Shown: in pieces, positions 14,926 through 29,300 of the stretch
Layout: the number at the start of each line of letters is the position of its first letter
Position numbering within the stretch: position 1 is the first letter of the stretch
Source of the DNA: the human T2T-CHM13v2.0 reference genome, Homo sapiens
Length of the DNA stretch: 64,000 nt
Assembly (NCBI RefSeq): GCF_009914755.1
Contig: NC_060940.1
Strand: one strand, 5' to 3'
Made by a program: the position numbers and the translations under genes
Notes under the pieces: generated by a model
What the model saw: only the letters and a program-made list of their open reading frames with translations
Databases searched by the model: none
What the model was told of the DNA's origin: nothing

Positions 14926-15807
14926 AGAAATCTAACGCTATCCTCCTTCCTCGGTGCCCTCAGGAATGAGTGTACCATTCTTTATTCACCTATAATTCCC
15001 CCACCCATCCTTTTTGAGATATTAATTACATGTATGTTACACTGCTGCATATTGTCTGACGTATCAGTGAGTTTCTGGCTTTCTTATTTTAGTTTACCCT
15101 TTGTCCTTTAGTTTGTAAAGCTTCTATTTTTTTCTATAAATTTTCTGATGTTAGGGTAAAATCCATTACTTATTCTATCTCTGGAATTTTTATTTCAAAT
15201 ATTTATTTTTCATCTATACATGTCACATTTTTCATTTTATAACTTCTATTTTTCTCCTATGTTCAATTTTCATTTAAGTACCTAGACATATATATGTATT
15301 TATCTATATGTATTTATAAAATATATTTACTTTAAGGACCTTGAAATTTCCTTCTTTTCCATCATTTATAAATGACTTATTTTTATCCTGTTAATATATA
15401 TCTTAATTATATATATTGTATGGCTTCTTTGCATGTTCGAGTTTTTTTGGGGGTATTTTGATGTTATGCTATTGAATATCTAGATTTCATTGGCTACCTT
15501 TGAACAATGTTGTGGCAGGCAGTTCAGTAACTTTAGGATGAGTATTTGTCTGTTGTTGTTTTAAATCTTCTCTTTACACTTTGTGGAGTTAGTATAGAGC
15601 CATCAGTCATTTGGAGCTAAATGAGCACTGTCACTAAGGCATGAACCTCCAGTGGTCTTTACTGAATATCCTGGAGGTACAAAGGGGATTCCCTTCTCTG
15701 ATTAGAATTTGGAATATAAAGAGAAAAGAGAAAATTAGAAAGCTATGCATAAACACTTGAATTAAAATGAATTTTATGTGGGCTTTTCATGAAAATGTTC
15801 CTAAGAT

Positions 15808-16040
15808 ATTTTATTTATTTATTGTGGTAAAATACACATAACATAAAATGTACTCTGTTAACCACTTTAAGTTTACAGTTCAGTGGTACTAAATATAGTC
15901 ATAACATTGTGCAGCCGTCCCTACCATCCATCTCCATAATTCGTTTCATCTTGCAAAACTGAAACTCTATACACATTAAACAATACTTCCCCATTTCTTC
16001 CTCCCCCCAGCTTCTGGCAACTATCATTGTACCATCTCTA
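15808..16040 (-). mobile_element. L1MB-type 3' end
   Basis: TTATTGTGGTAAAATACACATAACATAAAAT...TACAGTTCAGTGG...CTGAAACTCTATAC.CATTAAACAATA. Confidence 0.8.
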
Positions 16041-17639
16041 TAACGCTAATCAAGCATAGTGGCTGTGTTTCCTGCTTCCTCTAGTCCGCAGGTAGCATAC
16101 AAATGTAATAAACTACTTACTCATGTCATATCTATTTATTTTCTGCCTTATACCAAGCTTGTGGGATTCTCTTAAATACAACATTTTTATACTTACACCT
16201 ATGCAATACCCACTAGCATCGCCTTCATAAATCAGGGGAAATTGAGCCTCTGTAAGGTGGAGTAACATCCTAAGATATAAAACTCAGCATTGAAGTCTGT
16301 ATACTTCAGTATCCTGCCCTCTTCTCATTTGTCTTTACTGCCTTTATGTATGTGTTAGATGTTCAATAAATTCTCTTTTTTAAACTAAATTGAAGCCTTG
16401 GAGCAGTGTTTTGTTGAACAATAAATATGATATAGGACACTGTTCTTCCCTTTCATTTATGATGCAGTTCATGAAAAAGAGAAATTCTTTCATTGTGCTA
16501 GAAACTTAAAATAATGAAAATGCCACTTTCTACATTAAACAGAAACTGAAGGGAATCAAGGTGAATGGCATGAGACATAGAAAACAAGCGGGAAAGAAAT
16601 CTAGTATAATTTGCCCTTTGTGTACCTTTATTATTTAGCGTTTGAGTAAATGATTCCCCCAAATATCTTCCCATCTTAATTCATGTCTCTAAAGGAGACA
16701 TTTATGTCTCACCTTGTAAAGAAGGGCAAACTCTAACATCAACATTTCCCAAAAATGCTTCCTGCTAAAACGTAAGCTCAGTCTGGCTAGAAATGCAGCT
16801 CACTTCATAAAGACTAATTGGTAGCTGATTTTGCATGTTGTTCTCTGAACTTGAGTGAAACCTGTCCCTCAGGCATACAGGGAATGACGGAAAAGGTGAC
16901 AACAGAAGATGAATGCTACTTCGCTAACCTTCAAAGATGACCTGTCTTTTCTTTCAAATTCTTGATATCTTAAGACTTCATTAATTCATTTCTCTTTGCC
17001 CTTGGTTCAACATTGTGCTGTGCCAAAACTCATGTAAAACAATGATCTAATGTAATGAAAATGGCATTTTTCTTTCATGTAGATGCAAGCTAACTGGCAT
17101 TTTTACAGTCCACATATTTCCTTTGTCAATTTTTCTTTCTGTATTCGAAGTAATTGATAAGCATTTCTGAAGGGATGAAGGTGTTTCTGTGTTCATTGTG
17201 ATCCAAACTATTTTTAGACCTAGGGGCATTTGTAAAACAATTTCTGCCAGCTGACCAAGGATCACTGTGGCAGAAAGCAGCAAACTTGCATAAGATGTCA
17301 CTGCCTCATAAGTTGGCTTTGAAAACTAGGGGCTTACTCTATAGTCTTATGAATCAAAGACATTGATAGATGTAGTATAAGATTACAATCATATTTTCCT
17401 TTTGACAGTCACATTATAAAGCATGATGTATTGCAATTAATCTCAATTAGCTGATCACAATTAAAATTAATAATGTTTATTATTGCTGATAAACAATCAT
17501 GACTCTCCTGTTCTCAAATGTGCAAGTAATTCTTGTAATTTTAATATGAATTTGCATATTATTATTAATTGATTTAATCTCATTGGATTTGGTTCATGGA
17601 TCCAATTTATTCAAATATTGATAATGGGATAATGACTTG

Positions 17640-17985
17640 TCTCCCCATTTCATGTACACTAAAAACAACAATTCTTATAATGGTCTGCAAGCTCATCATG
17701 ATCTGCCACATGTTAACCACCAAAATTCTTTTATATATTCACCCTTGAACTTACCAGTGGTCCTGGCCACCTCACTGTCCTCTGGACATGCCCACACGCT
17801 GCTGCCTTATGATCAAGACTCTAGTTAATTTCTTTCCTTGGAAAGATAGCCCTCCATATATCCATTCATCAGCTCATTCAACTTCCTCAAGTCTTTACTG
17901 AAATTTCACATTCTCGATGAGGCCTATTCAGTATTTCAAACTGCCTCCCAGCTGCAACATTCCAAAACCCCTTACTCTTCTGTGT
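17640..17985 (+). mobile_element. L2 fragment
   Basis: TGGTCTGCAAGCTCATCATGATCTG...TCCTCAAGTCTTTACTGAAAT.TCACATTCTC.ATGAGGCCT resembles the L2 3' region. Confidence 0.6.
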
Positions 17986-17996
17986 ATTTCTGAGAG

Positions 17997-20545
17997 GATT
18001 TATTGAGATATAATTTACATAGTGTAGAGTGCACACATTAATGTCTACAAGTCACTGGCTTTTAGTATATGCACAGATAAGTGGCGCCATAATCACAATG
18101 AATTTTAGAACATTTTCATCACTTCAAAAAGAAACCCCACCTTCTCTAGCTGTTAAGCTCCTATGCATCCATCCCCTACTCAATCCTAAGCAACCACAAA
18201 TCTGTTTTCTGTCTCTATAGATTTTCCTATTCTGTTTTCATCTAAATAGAATCATACAATAGGTGGTCTTTTCTGCCTGGCTTCTTTCAGTTGGCCTAAT
18301 GCTGTCAAGGTTCATGTACGTATTGGTACTTTATTTCTTTTTATAACTGTATAACATTCAATTTCATGGATATAACATTTTGTTTATACAATAAAATTTT
18401 TGTTGACATTTGAGTTGTGTTCAACCTTTGGTTATTTTAAATACTGCTGCTAAAAATACTTGTGTACAATTTGTGTTTGAACACCTCTTTCCAATAATCT
18501 GGGTGTATACCTAGGAATACATTTCTGGGTCATATGACAATTCTATGTTTAATATATTCAGAAGCCATCAAATTATTTTCCAAAGTGGCCAGTTCTAGCC
18601 ATAGAGTATCTAACTGTGGTTTTGATTTGTAGTTGCCTGATGAGTGATGCTATTGAGTATCTTTTTATGGGATTATTGACCACTCGTGTATCTTCTTGAG
18701 AAACACATCTATTGCTATCATTTATCAGTTTTGAGTTGGGATATTTGTTACTGAGTTAAAACATTTTTTCTATATTCAAGACACATATATATACAGACAT
18801 ATAGATACGTGTTTTTCAAATATCTTCTCACAATTTTTGAGCTGCCTTTTGACTTGCTTGGTTGTCCTTTGAAACACCAATGTCTTTAATTTTTAAGAAA
18901 TTTTAAATATCGAATTTTTATTTTGTTGCTCATGTTTTTGGGGTTACAGCTATTTCTTTGCTAGATCCAAAATCCTGAAGATTTTCCCATATGCTTTATT
19001 CTAGCTCTTGCATGTGTGTATATAATTCATTTGAGTTAATATTTTTGTATGCTTTGGGTAAGGGTTCCAATTTATTATTTTGCAAGTGGTGATCCACGTC
19101 TACGTTGTTAACCCAGTTTGTTCAAAGACTGTCTCTTCCTCATTGAATTGCACATGGCACCACTGTAAGAATCCATTGACTATAGACACATAGTTTTATA
19201 TATGGACTCTCAATTCTCTTCCATCAATCTATATATTTTTCCTTCATCTGTATTGTGTTGTCTTGATTACTGACACTTTGCAGTAAGGTTTGGAGCATGG
19301 GGGTGTGAATTATCCTACTATGTTTTCTTTTTTCAAGATTATTTTGGGTATTTTGTGTCCCTTACAATTCCATGTGTATTTTAGAATCAGCTTGTCAGTT
19401 TCTAGACAGAAGTCTGTTGGGATACTTGCAGGGATTTCATCAAATCTGTAGTTCAAATTGTAAAGTACTACAATATTAAATCTTCCAATTCATGGCTGTA
19501 AGATGTTTGCTAATTATTTAGATATTCTTTAAACAATAATTTTTAATTTTCAGAGTAAATTCTTGTATCCCATTTTCCAAATTAATTATTATTTATTTTT
19601 TTTGATGCTATTTTAAATTGAAGTGTTTTCTTAATTTCATTTTGGGGTTTTCATTGTAGATGTGTGCAATTGATTTTTGTACATTTATCTTGTATGCTGT
19701 AATATTGCTGAAATAATTTACTAGTTCTATCGTTCAGTGGATTCCTTAAAATTTTCTATATATAAGAATGTTATTTTCAAATAAAATTTTATTTCTTCCT
19801 GTTCAATATGGGTGAATCTTATTTTTTTAGTTGCCGATTTGCCCTGCATAAAATCTTTAGTAAAGTGTTGACTAGAAAAGTTCAAAGTATATATCATAAG
19901 AATATGATATATCATAAGAATATTCTTATCTCTGACCATAGCAGGAAAGCATCCTTTACCATTAAGTTGCATGCTTGCTGTTGTCTTTTCACAGGTGCCA
20001 TGTATCTGGTGTAGAAAGTTCTCTATTCCTGGTTCATTGAGTTTTTATTTTTATTTTTAATCATTAAAGCATTTGGATTTTGTTAAATGTCTTTTCTGAA
20101 TCTATCGAGATGATCATGCAATTCTCGTTTCTTATTCTATGGATAAGATGTATTACCTTAATGGATTTTGGGCTGTTAAACCAACCTGGGATTACTTGTA
20201 TAAATTTCACTTTGTCATTGTGTATAATTCTTTTATATGTTGCTAGATATGATTTGTTAGTATTTTTCATGGAATTTTGCATTTATACTTATAGTAGTTT
20301 TATTTTTCTATGCTATTTGGACTAATTTTTGTATCAAGGTAACACTGGCTGCACAGAATAAATTGGGAAGTGAATATTTCTCTCTTTTAAAAAAGCTAGT
20401 CAAGAATTAATATCAATTATTCAACACTAACAAATATTATTATGAATTATTAATTTCTCTAATTTTTATTTTCTTCCTTCTGCTTGCTTTAGGTTTAGTT
20501 TGCTATTCTTTCCAGTGCCTTAATGTGGAAGGTCATCTAATCTCA
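17997..20545 (-). mobile_element. L1MB (L1MB7/8-like) 3' UTR plus decayed ORF2
   Basis: 3' end TTTATTGAGATATAATTTACATA...TTTTAGAACATTTTCATCAC. ORF 20064..20282(-) KRIIHNDKVKFI...GWFN...MIISIDSEKTFNKIQ matches the L1 reverse transcriptase IIHHDQVGFI...ISIDAEKAFDKIQ. Confidence 0.88.
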
Positions 20546-20589
20546 TCCTTTCATTTGTCTTTTCATTTTCTATATAGTGTCTTTTTAGC

Positions 20590-20985
20590 ATCAGGTGATC
20601 TCCCCAGGTTGGTAGTACTCCATGTTTATTATTGTACAACAATGACAGGTAATATGTCCTGAAGACAATGAAAACTTAACATTCAAAATCTCCTAGATTC
20701 CACCTTATATGATATGTCTCTTCAATTGGTCCTAATTTCTACCCTTTCTCTATTATAAACCATGAGTACAATGGCATTCAATGAGTTCTGTGAGTGTTTC
20801 TAGTAAACTCTTGAAACTGAGGGTGTTCAGGGGAAACCCCTGAACTGGCAGTTGGTGTCAGAAGTGAGAATCGTCTTATATGGCCTCTTCCTTTGAACTT
20901 TGCAGCTGGACACAAACTCTGCACAATTTGGGCCGGAAGTCTCGTGTTGACTTTGCAGCCTAAAGCATCTTGTAGTTTGTCTAAC
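20590..20985 (+). mobile_element. MER21-like LTR fragment
   Basis: TGAGTTCTGTGAGT.TTTCTAGTAAACT.TTGAAACTGAGGG...AACCCCTGAA...GGTGTCAGAAGTGAG. Confidence 0.6.
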
Positions 20986-21492
20986 CCTCAATAAATTTGC
21001 TTTCATCAAATATTGTATTTGTTACCCCAAAATTACCGTCACGTTTTTTTTCTCCAAATAACTAACATTGGGAGAAATAGCCAGCTGAGTCTGTAACTCA
21101 ACAGAAACAAGTGATCCATATACCACATACCATATAAGTGGCCATTTCATTTTGCCTTCTGCCACCAAATCTTAGCAACCTCAACCATTGCCATAAGCCA
21201 CAGTAGGCCTACCAGCTACAAACAAGTATCTTTTAAAAACACTTCATACTCCCATTTGATACATTTCCCAGCAAAGAGATGCCTACTTTAACTCTATGCA
21301 AGTGGCTCATATTCACGAAGTCTGTAGATATTATTCATGTAGTGTGAGAAAATCATCCCAGCGATGCCAGCACATTCTCCTTCCCATGATCTGCTTAGTT
21401 TGCAAACATATTCAGGCCATGGGTAAGAGATTTGTATTTCACAGTACAACAATTTTATGGAGGGCATTGAAACTTACCTTGAGCATTTTAGT

Positions 21493-21836
21493 ACAGTCAC
21501 ACATCACTGAATGATAGGGATACGTTTTATCAGATGCATCCATAGGCAATTTCATCATTTTGCAAACATCACAGAGAATATTACAAACACCTAGATTGTA
21601 CAGCCTACCACGTCTAGGTTATATGGTATAGCCTCTCTCTCCCAGGCTACAAACCTGTGTACTACATTACTCTACTGAATACTGCAGGCAATAAGAACAC
21701 AGTGGAAAGAGGTCATGTATCTAAACATACTTAAACGTAGAAAAGTATGTAAAAATATGTATTATAATCTCATGGGACCACTTTTGTATATGTAATCCGT
21801 CTTTGACTGAAATATTATTATGCATGACATGACTCT
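21493..21836. mobile_element. Tigger3a (MER7A) DNA transposon
   Basis: TA-flanked CAGTCACACATCAC...ATGACATGACT termini; internal CAGCCTAC.ACGTCTAGGTTATATGGTATAGCCT...AGGCTACAAACCTGT. Confidence 0.85.
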
Positions 21837-23318
21837 ATGACAAAAATAAAATAACACATTGTTAAAAATGTACACAGGTATCAATCATATTAATATTGTA
21901 AAAATAAAAATATTTATTCAGTGTAAGAATTTGTAATGATCACAAAATGTTCACAGCTTATATTTTAGTACAGTTTCGAAAGCCTAGTGCAATTACTATT
22001 TATTTCTGTGTGTATTTTAAACAGGTATATAATGAATATTTTTCAGGTTCAACAGTATATATAAATCCAACTGGCTCTTATAAATATTAGTTAAAATCAA
22101 TTAGTAAATTCATATATATATACACACGTGTATAAGTCTGTATGCATGTATGTGTGTTTAAATGTAACTGTATGTGTGTGTAAATGTAACTGGATGCATC
22201 CTAATATTTACCCTTACCCACAAGATTTCCAAGATTCATTTATTATCTTTAGATGATGTGCATTTAAAGATTTACCAAATAAAACTGTAATCGTGGAAAA
22301 TATCAAGATGTTATTAAATTCATCTTGTGCACATAATTGTTTCTTTAAATTTATGTTTCTTGCAAAACTTGCGGTAATGCTCATGCAACAAATAATTTTC
22401 TAAATAAAAAATAAAATCATTTTCTCAGTCATTAATTCTTAATAATTATTTCTCCCCGATAATTAATGTGAATTAATTCTTAATTCTTAATTATAGAATA
22501 ATGTTGCCCTTCAGAGTTCTGAATCTTTTGCCTGTTGTATACATTTCACTAACTAGAACAACTTCTGGAATATTGGCATTAATTAATGTCACTCAGCAAT
22601 TAATGATTTCAAAGAAATTAAATACCATTCATATTCTGAATCACAAGAGTACTTTGGCATCTAGTTTAATCAATCTCATTGTATCATCATCTACACTTTA
22701 ATTACTTAACAAACATTTCTCTGTGTGAGAAAGATTGAGCAGGTTATTGTGCTTTTTAAAGATGCAACTTTTGCTTAATCTAGAGATAGGCAATTCTCCC
22801 TATAAGGGACAAAGAGAAAAATGAAAGAGCAATGGAGATGTGACAGGCATGGAAAAAGACAATACATTTATAAAACAAATAGGGCCACAGATGATGATAA
22901 TGGGGAACAAATCTTGAGATACTGACTGAGTTTATAACTGCACTGTACAATATAGCAAATCACTTGTTAATTTTTTTACAAATGGAATTTAATTTAATTA
23001 AGACGAATACAGTGTTTTAAACAAGGCAGGTCATCTTAAAATAAAGTAGTGGAATAAAGTGATAAAACCAATGTAAAAGTCATAAACATTTTAAAAAGAA
23101 TTTTGTCATGTAATTTAATATTTTTCTTTATTTGAAATCACCCACATCAAAATAATTTAATCTTAATTAACAAATAATCATCAGAAGTTAACTAATTTTT
23201 ACTTTATAATACTAGGTTTAAAAATTCTTAACTATATTTTTAATCATATATGCTTATACATAAAATAGACATAGGGTAAATTTACATGTTCACAATATTA
23301 TATTTTAATTGTTCCTAA

Positions 23319-26300
23319 GGAATGGAATGGAATCATTGAATGGAATTGAATGGAATCACCAATGAAGGGAATCGAATTGAATCATCGTCAAATGGAATCA
23401 GGTGGAATCATCGAATGGAATCTAATGGAATCATTGTCGAATGGAATGGAATGGAATCATTGAATGGAATTGAATATAATCACCAATGAATAGAATCAAA
23501 TGGAATCCTCATCGAATGGTTTCAAATGGAATCATCAAATGGACTCGAATGGAATAATCGGATGGCATTTACTGGAATCAACATCGAATGGAATCGAATG
23601 GAATCATCATCAAATGAAATCGAATGGAATCATGGAATGGCATCTAATGTAATCATCATCCAATGGAATCAAATGGAGTGATCTAATGCACTTGTGTGGA
23701 ATCATCATTGAATGGAATCGAGTGGAATCATTGAACGGACACGAATGGAATCATCATCGAATGGAATCAAAAGGAATCATCATCAAGTGGAATCGAATAG
23801 AATCAACATAAAATGGAATTGAATAGAATCATTGAATGAAATAGAATGGAATCATCATCGAATGGAATCAAATAGAATCATTGGATAAAATTGAATGGAA
23901 TAAACATCTAATGGAATCAAATGGAATCATTATCGAATGGAATAGAATGGAATCATCATCGAACGGAATTAAATAGAATCATCGAATGAAATTTAATGGA
24001 ATCATCATCGAATGGAAACGAATGGAATCATCATCGAATGGAATTGAATGGAATCATCATTGAATGGAATCAAATGGAATCTTCAACAAGTGGAGTCACA
24101 TGGAATCCTTGAATGGAATCTAATGGAATCATCAGCACATGAAAACGAATGGAATCATCATGGAGTGGAATCTAATGAAATCATCATCTAAGGGAATCCA
24201 AAGGGATCACTGAATTGAATGGAATGATCATTGAATGGAATCGAAGGGCATCATCGAATGGGATGGAATGGAATCACTGAATGGAATTGAATGGAATCAT
24301 CAAAAGGATTCGAATGGAATAATCATCCAATGGAATCGAATGGAATCATTGAATGGACTCGAATGGAATCATCATCGAATGGAATCGAATGGAAACATCG
24401 AATGGACACGAACGAAAACATCATTGAATGGACTCGAATGGAATCATTGAATGGACTCGAATGGAATAATCGAGTGGACTCAAAGGGAGTCATCATCGAA
24501 TGGTATTGAATGGAATCATTGAATTTACTCGAATGGAATATTCATCAAATGGAATCGAATGGAATCGTCATCGGATTTAAACGAATGGAATGATCATTGA
24601 ATGGAATCGAATGATTCATCGAATGGAATCAGATGGAATCATCATTGAAAGGAATCGAATAGAATCGATGAATGAAATCGAATGGAATCATCATCAAGTA
24701 GAATCGAATGTAGTCACTGAATGGACTCAAATGGAATCATCATCCAATGGAATCAAATGGAATCAACATCAAATGGAATCAAATGGAAACACCATCGAAT
24801 TGAATCTAATGGAATCATCACGGAATTGAAATGAAGAGACTCATCATCAAATGGATTAGAAGGGAATCATCGATTGGAATTGATTGGAATCATCACTGAA
24901 TGCAATCAAATGGAATCATTGAATGGAATCGAATGAAATCATCACCGAATGGAATCGAATGGAATCTTCTAATGGACCCTAATGGAATCATCAACGAATG
25001 GAATAAGATGGAATCATCAAATTGACTTGAATGGAGTCATCGAATGGATTCAAATGGAATCATTATTGAATGGAATTGAATGGAATCATAGAAAGGTATC
25101 GAATGGAATCATCATCAAATGGAATCGGATGGAATCATCAGATGGAATCGAATGGAATCATCATCAAAAGAATCGAATAGAATCTGCATCAAATAGAATC
25201 GAATGCAATCATCATCGAAAGGAATCAAATGGAATTTTCTTCAAATGGGATCGAATAGAATCATCATGGATTAGAATCACATGGGATCATCGAATGAAAG
25301 AGAAAGGAATCATTATCAAAAAGAATCGAAATAAAACAAAGAATGGAATCAAATGGAATCATCATTGAATGGATTCGAATTGAGTCATTATCGAATGGAA
25401 TCAAATGGAATCATTTAATGGACTCGAAAGGAATCATTGGACTCGAATGGGATCATCGAATGGAATCGAATGGAATCATCATCAAATGAAATAAAATGGA
25501 ATCATCGATTGGACTCGAATGGGATCATCGTCGAATGGAATCGAATGAAATCATGGAATGCACTCGAATGGAATCATCGAATGGACTCCAATGGAATCAA
25601 CATCGAGTGGAATCGAAAGGAAACATCAAATAGAATTGAATGGAATCATCGAATGGAATCATCATCGAATGGAATCGAATGGAATCATCGAATGGACCTG
25701 AATGGAATCATCATCGAATGGAATCAAAAGGAATCATCGAATGGAATTGAATGTAATCATCATTGAATGGAATCGAATGGAATAATTATGGAATGGAGTC
25801 CAATGGAAACATCATCGAATGGAATCGAATGGAATCATCAATTTATGGAATCAAATGGAAACATCATCGAATGGAATTGAATGGAAACATCAATGAATGG
25901 AATCGAATGGAATCATCGAATGGAGTCCATTGGAATCATCATCAAATGGAATCGAATGCAGTCATCATCGAATGAAATCAAATGGAATCATCGAATGGAC
26001 TCGATGGAATCATCATCACATGGAATCAAATGGAATCATCAAATGGACTCGAATGGAATGACCGCCAAATGGAATCGAATGGAATTATCAAATGTACATG
26101 AATGGAATCATCATTGAATGGATTCAAATGGAATCATCGAATGACATCGAAAGGAATCATCTTCGAATGGAATCTAATGAAATCTTCGAATGGACTCAAA
26201 TGGAATCATCGAATGGAATTGAGTGGAATCATCATCGAATGGAACTGAAAGGAATCATCGAATGGACTCGAACGGAATCATCATCAAATGGAATCGAATA

Positions 26301-29300
26301 TAATCATAATCAAATGAAATTGAATGGAATCATTATCTATAGGATTTGATTGGAACAATCGTTGACTAGAATCGAATGGAATCACTGAATTGAATCAAAT
26401 TTAAGGATCATGAAATGGAATCAAAGGGAATCATTGAATGGGATCGAACGGAGTCATCAAATGGAATCGAGTGGAATCATCAATTGGATTTGAAAGGAAT
26501 AATCATCGAATGGAATCAAATGGAATCATTGAATGGACTCGGATGAAATCATCATTGAATGGAATTGAATGGAATCATCGAATGGACACGAATGCAATCA
26601 TCATTGAATGGACTCAAATGGAATCATCAAATGGAGTCAAATGTAATCATCATCAAATGGAATCAAATGGAATCATTGAATAGCACTGAATGGAATCATC
26701 GTCGAATGGAGTCAAATGGAATCATTGAATGGAATCGAATGGAATAATCATGGAATGTAATCAAATGGAATCTTCGAATGGACTCGAGTGGAATAATCAT
26801 AGAATGCAATCGAATGGAATCATCATCGAATGGAACCAAAGGGAATCATCGAATGGAATCGAATTGAATCACCATCGAATGGAATCGAATAGAACCATTG
26901 AATGAAATCAAAAGGAAGCATCTTCAAATGGAATTGAATGGAATCATCAACAAATGGAATAGAATGGAAACATAGAATGGAATCCAAAGTAATCCTCATC
27001 AAATTGAACCCCATGTAATCATTAAATGGGCACCAATGGAATCATCAAATGGACTCGAATGGAATCATCATTGAATGGAATGGAAAGGAATCATTGAATG
27101 CTATCTAAGGGAATCATCACTGAATGAAATCAAATGGAATCATCAAATGGACTCGAATGGAATCTTCATTGAAAGGAATCAAAAGGAATCATCGAATGGA
27201 CTCGAATGGAATCATCATCGAATGGAATTGAAAGGAATCATCAAAGGGATTTGAATGGAATCACTGAATGTTCTCGAATGGAATCATCATCAAATGGAAA
27301 CAAATGGAAGAATCAAACAGACAAAAACGGAATCATCATCGAATGGAATCGAATGGAAGCATCAAATGGAATCAAATGGAATCATCATTGAGTGGAATGG
27401 AATGGAATCGTGATTAAATGGAATTGAATGGAAACATCATCGAATGGAATAGAATGGAATCATCATCGAATGCAATCAGATGGAATCATCATGTAATAGA
27501 ATCGAATGGAATCATCAACGAATGGAATCGAACGGAGAAATCGAATGGAATCCGTTGGAATCATCATGAATGGAATCGAATGCAGTCATCATCAAATGTA
27601 ATTGAATGGACTCATCATCGAATGGAATCGAATGGAATCATCAGCAAATGGAATCGAAAGAAATCATTATGGAATAGAATTGAATGGAATCATCGAATGG
27701 AATGGAATGGAATCATCAAGGAAAGGAATCAAAGGGAATCATCGAATGGAATCGAACGGAATCATCTAACGGAATTAAATGGAATCATCATCGAATGGAC
27801 TCAAAGGGAATTATCATTGAATAAAATTGAATGGAATCATTGAATGGATTCAAATGGAATAATCGAATGGACTCCAATGGAATCATCAAATGGAATCGAA
27901 TGGAATCATTGAATGGACTCTAATGGAATCATCATCAAATGGAATCAGATGGAATCAATGAAGGGACTCGAAAGGAATCATTGAATGGACACGAATGGAA
28001 TCATCATTGAATGGAATCGAATGGAATCATCGAATGGACTCGACTGGAATCATCATCGAATGGAATTTAATGCAGTAACCATTGAATGGCATCGAATGGA
28101 ATCATCGTCGAGTGGAATCTAATGGAATCGACGAATGAAATCGAATGGAATCATCATTGAGTGGAATCGAATGGAATCACCCAATGGAATTGAATGGCAT
28201 CATCATTGAGTGCAATCCAATAGAATCATCGAATGAAATCAAATGGAATCATCATCAAATGGAATCAAATGGAATCATCATGGAATGGAATCGAATGGAA
28301 TCATCATCAAATGGAATGTAGTGGAATCATCATCGAAGGGAATCGAATGGAACAATCAATGACTGGAATCGAATAGAATCATTGAATGGAATCGAATGGA
28401 ATCATCAAATGGAATCGAACAGAATAATCATCAAATGGAATCAAAAGGAAACATCATGTGGAAACAAATGAAATCATCATCGAATGGAATCAAAGGGAAT
28501 CACGAATGGAAATGAATGGAATCACCACTAAAAGTAATCGAATGGAATCATCATCATATGGAATCGAATGGAATCATCGAATGGACATGAGTGGTATCAT
28601 CATGGAATGGAATTGAGTGGAATCATCATCGAGTGGACTCGAGTGGAGTCATCATCGAACTGAACCGAATGGAATCATCGAATGGACTTGACCGGAATCA
28701 TCATCGAATTGAATTGAATGGAATCATTCAATGGACGCAAATGGAATCATCATTGAATGGATGCTAAAGGAATCATCATCGAATGGAATCTAGTGGAATC
28801 ATCATCGAATGGAATCGAATGGAATCATCATTGAATGAAATCAAATGGAATCGTCATCAAATGCAATCAAATGGAATCATCATTGAAAGGAATCGAATGG
28901 AATCATGGTATGGAATCGAATGAAATCATCATTGAATGGAATCGAATGGAATCATCGACTGGAATTGAATGGAATCACCATTGAATGGAATTGAATGGAA
29001 TAATCATCGAATGGAATTGAGTGGAATCATCAAATGGACTCGAATGGAAACATCATCGAACGGAATCAAATGAAATCATCAAATGTACTCTAATGGAATC
29101 ATCATTAAATGGAATCAAATGGAATCACTGAATGGACTCGAATGGAATCATCATCAAATGTAACCAAATGAAATCATGAACAAATGTAATCAAATGGAAT
29201 CATCATCGAACGGAATCCAGTGGTAACAACGAATGGACACGAATGGAACCATTATCGAGTGTAATCAAATGGACTCTAATGGAATCATTGAATGCACTTT

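Noticed and set aside
19727-20282. Reverse-transcriptase-like peptides as an active retroelement
   Set aside because: Short, frameshifted remnants of an ancient L1MB.
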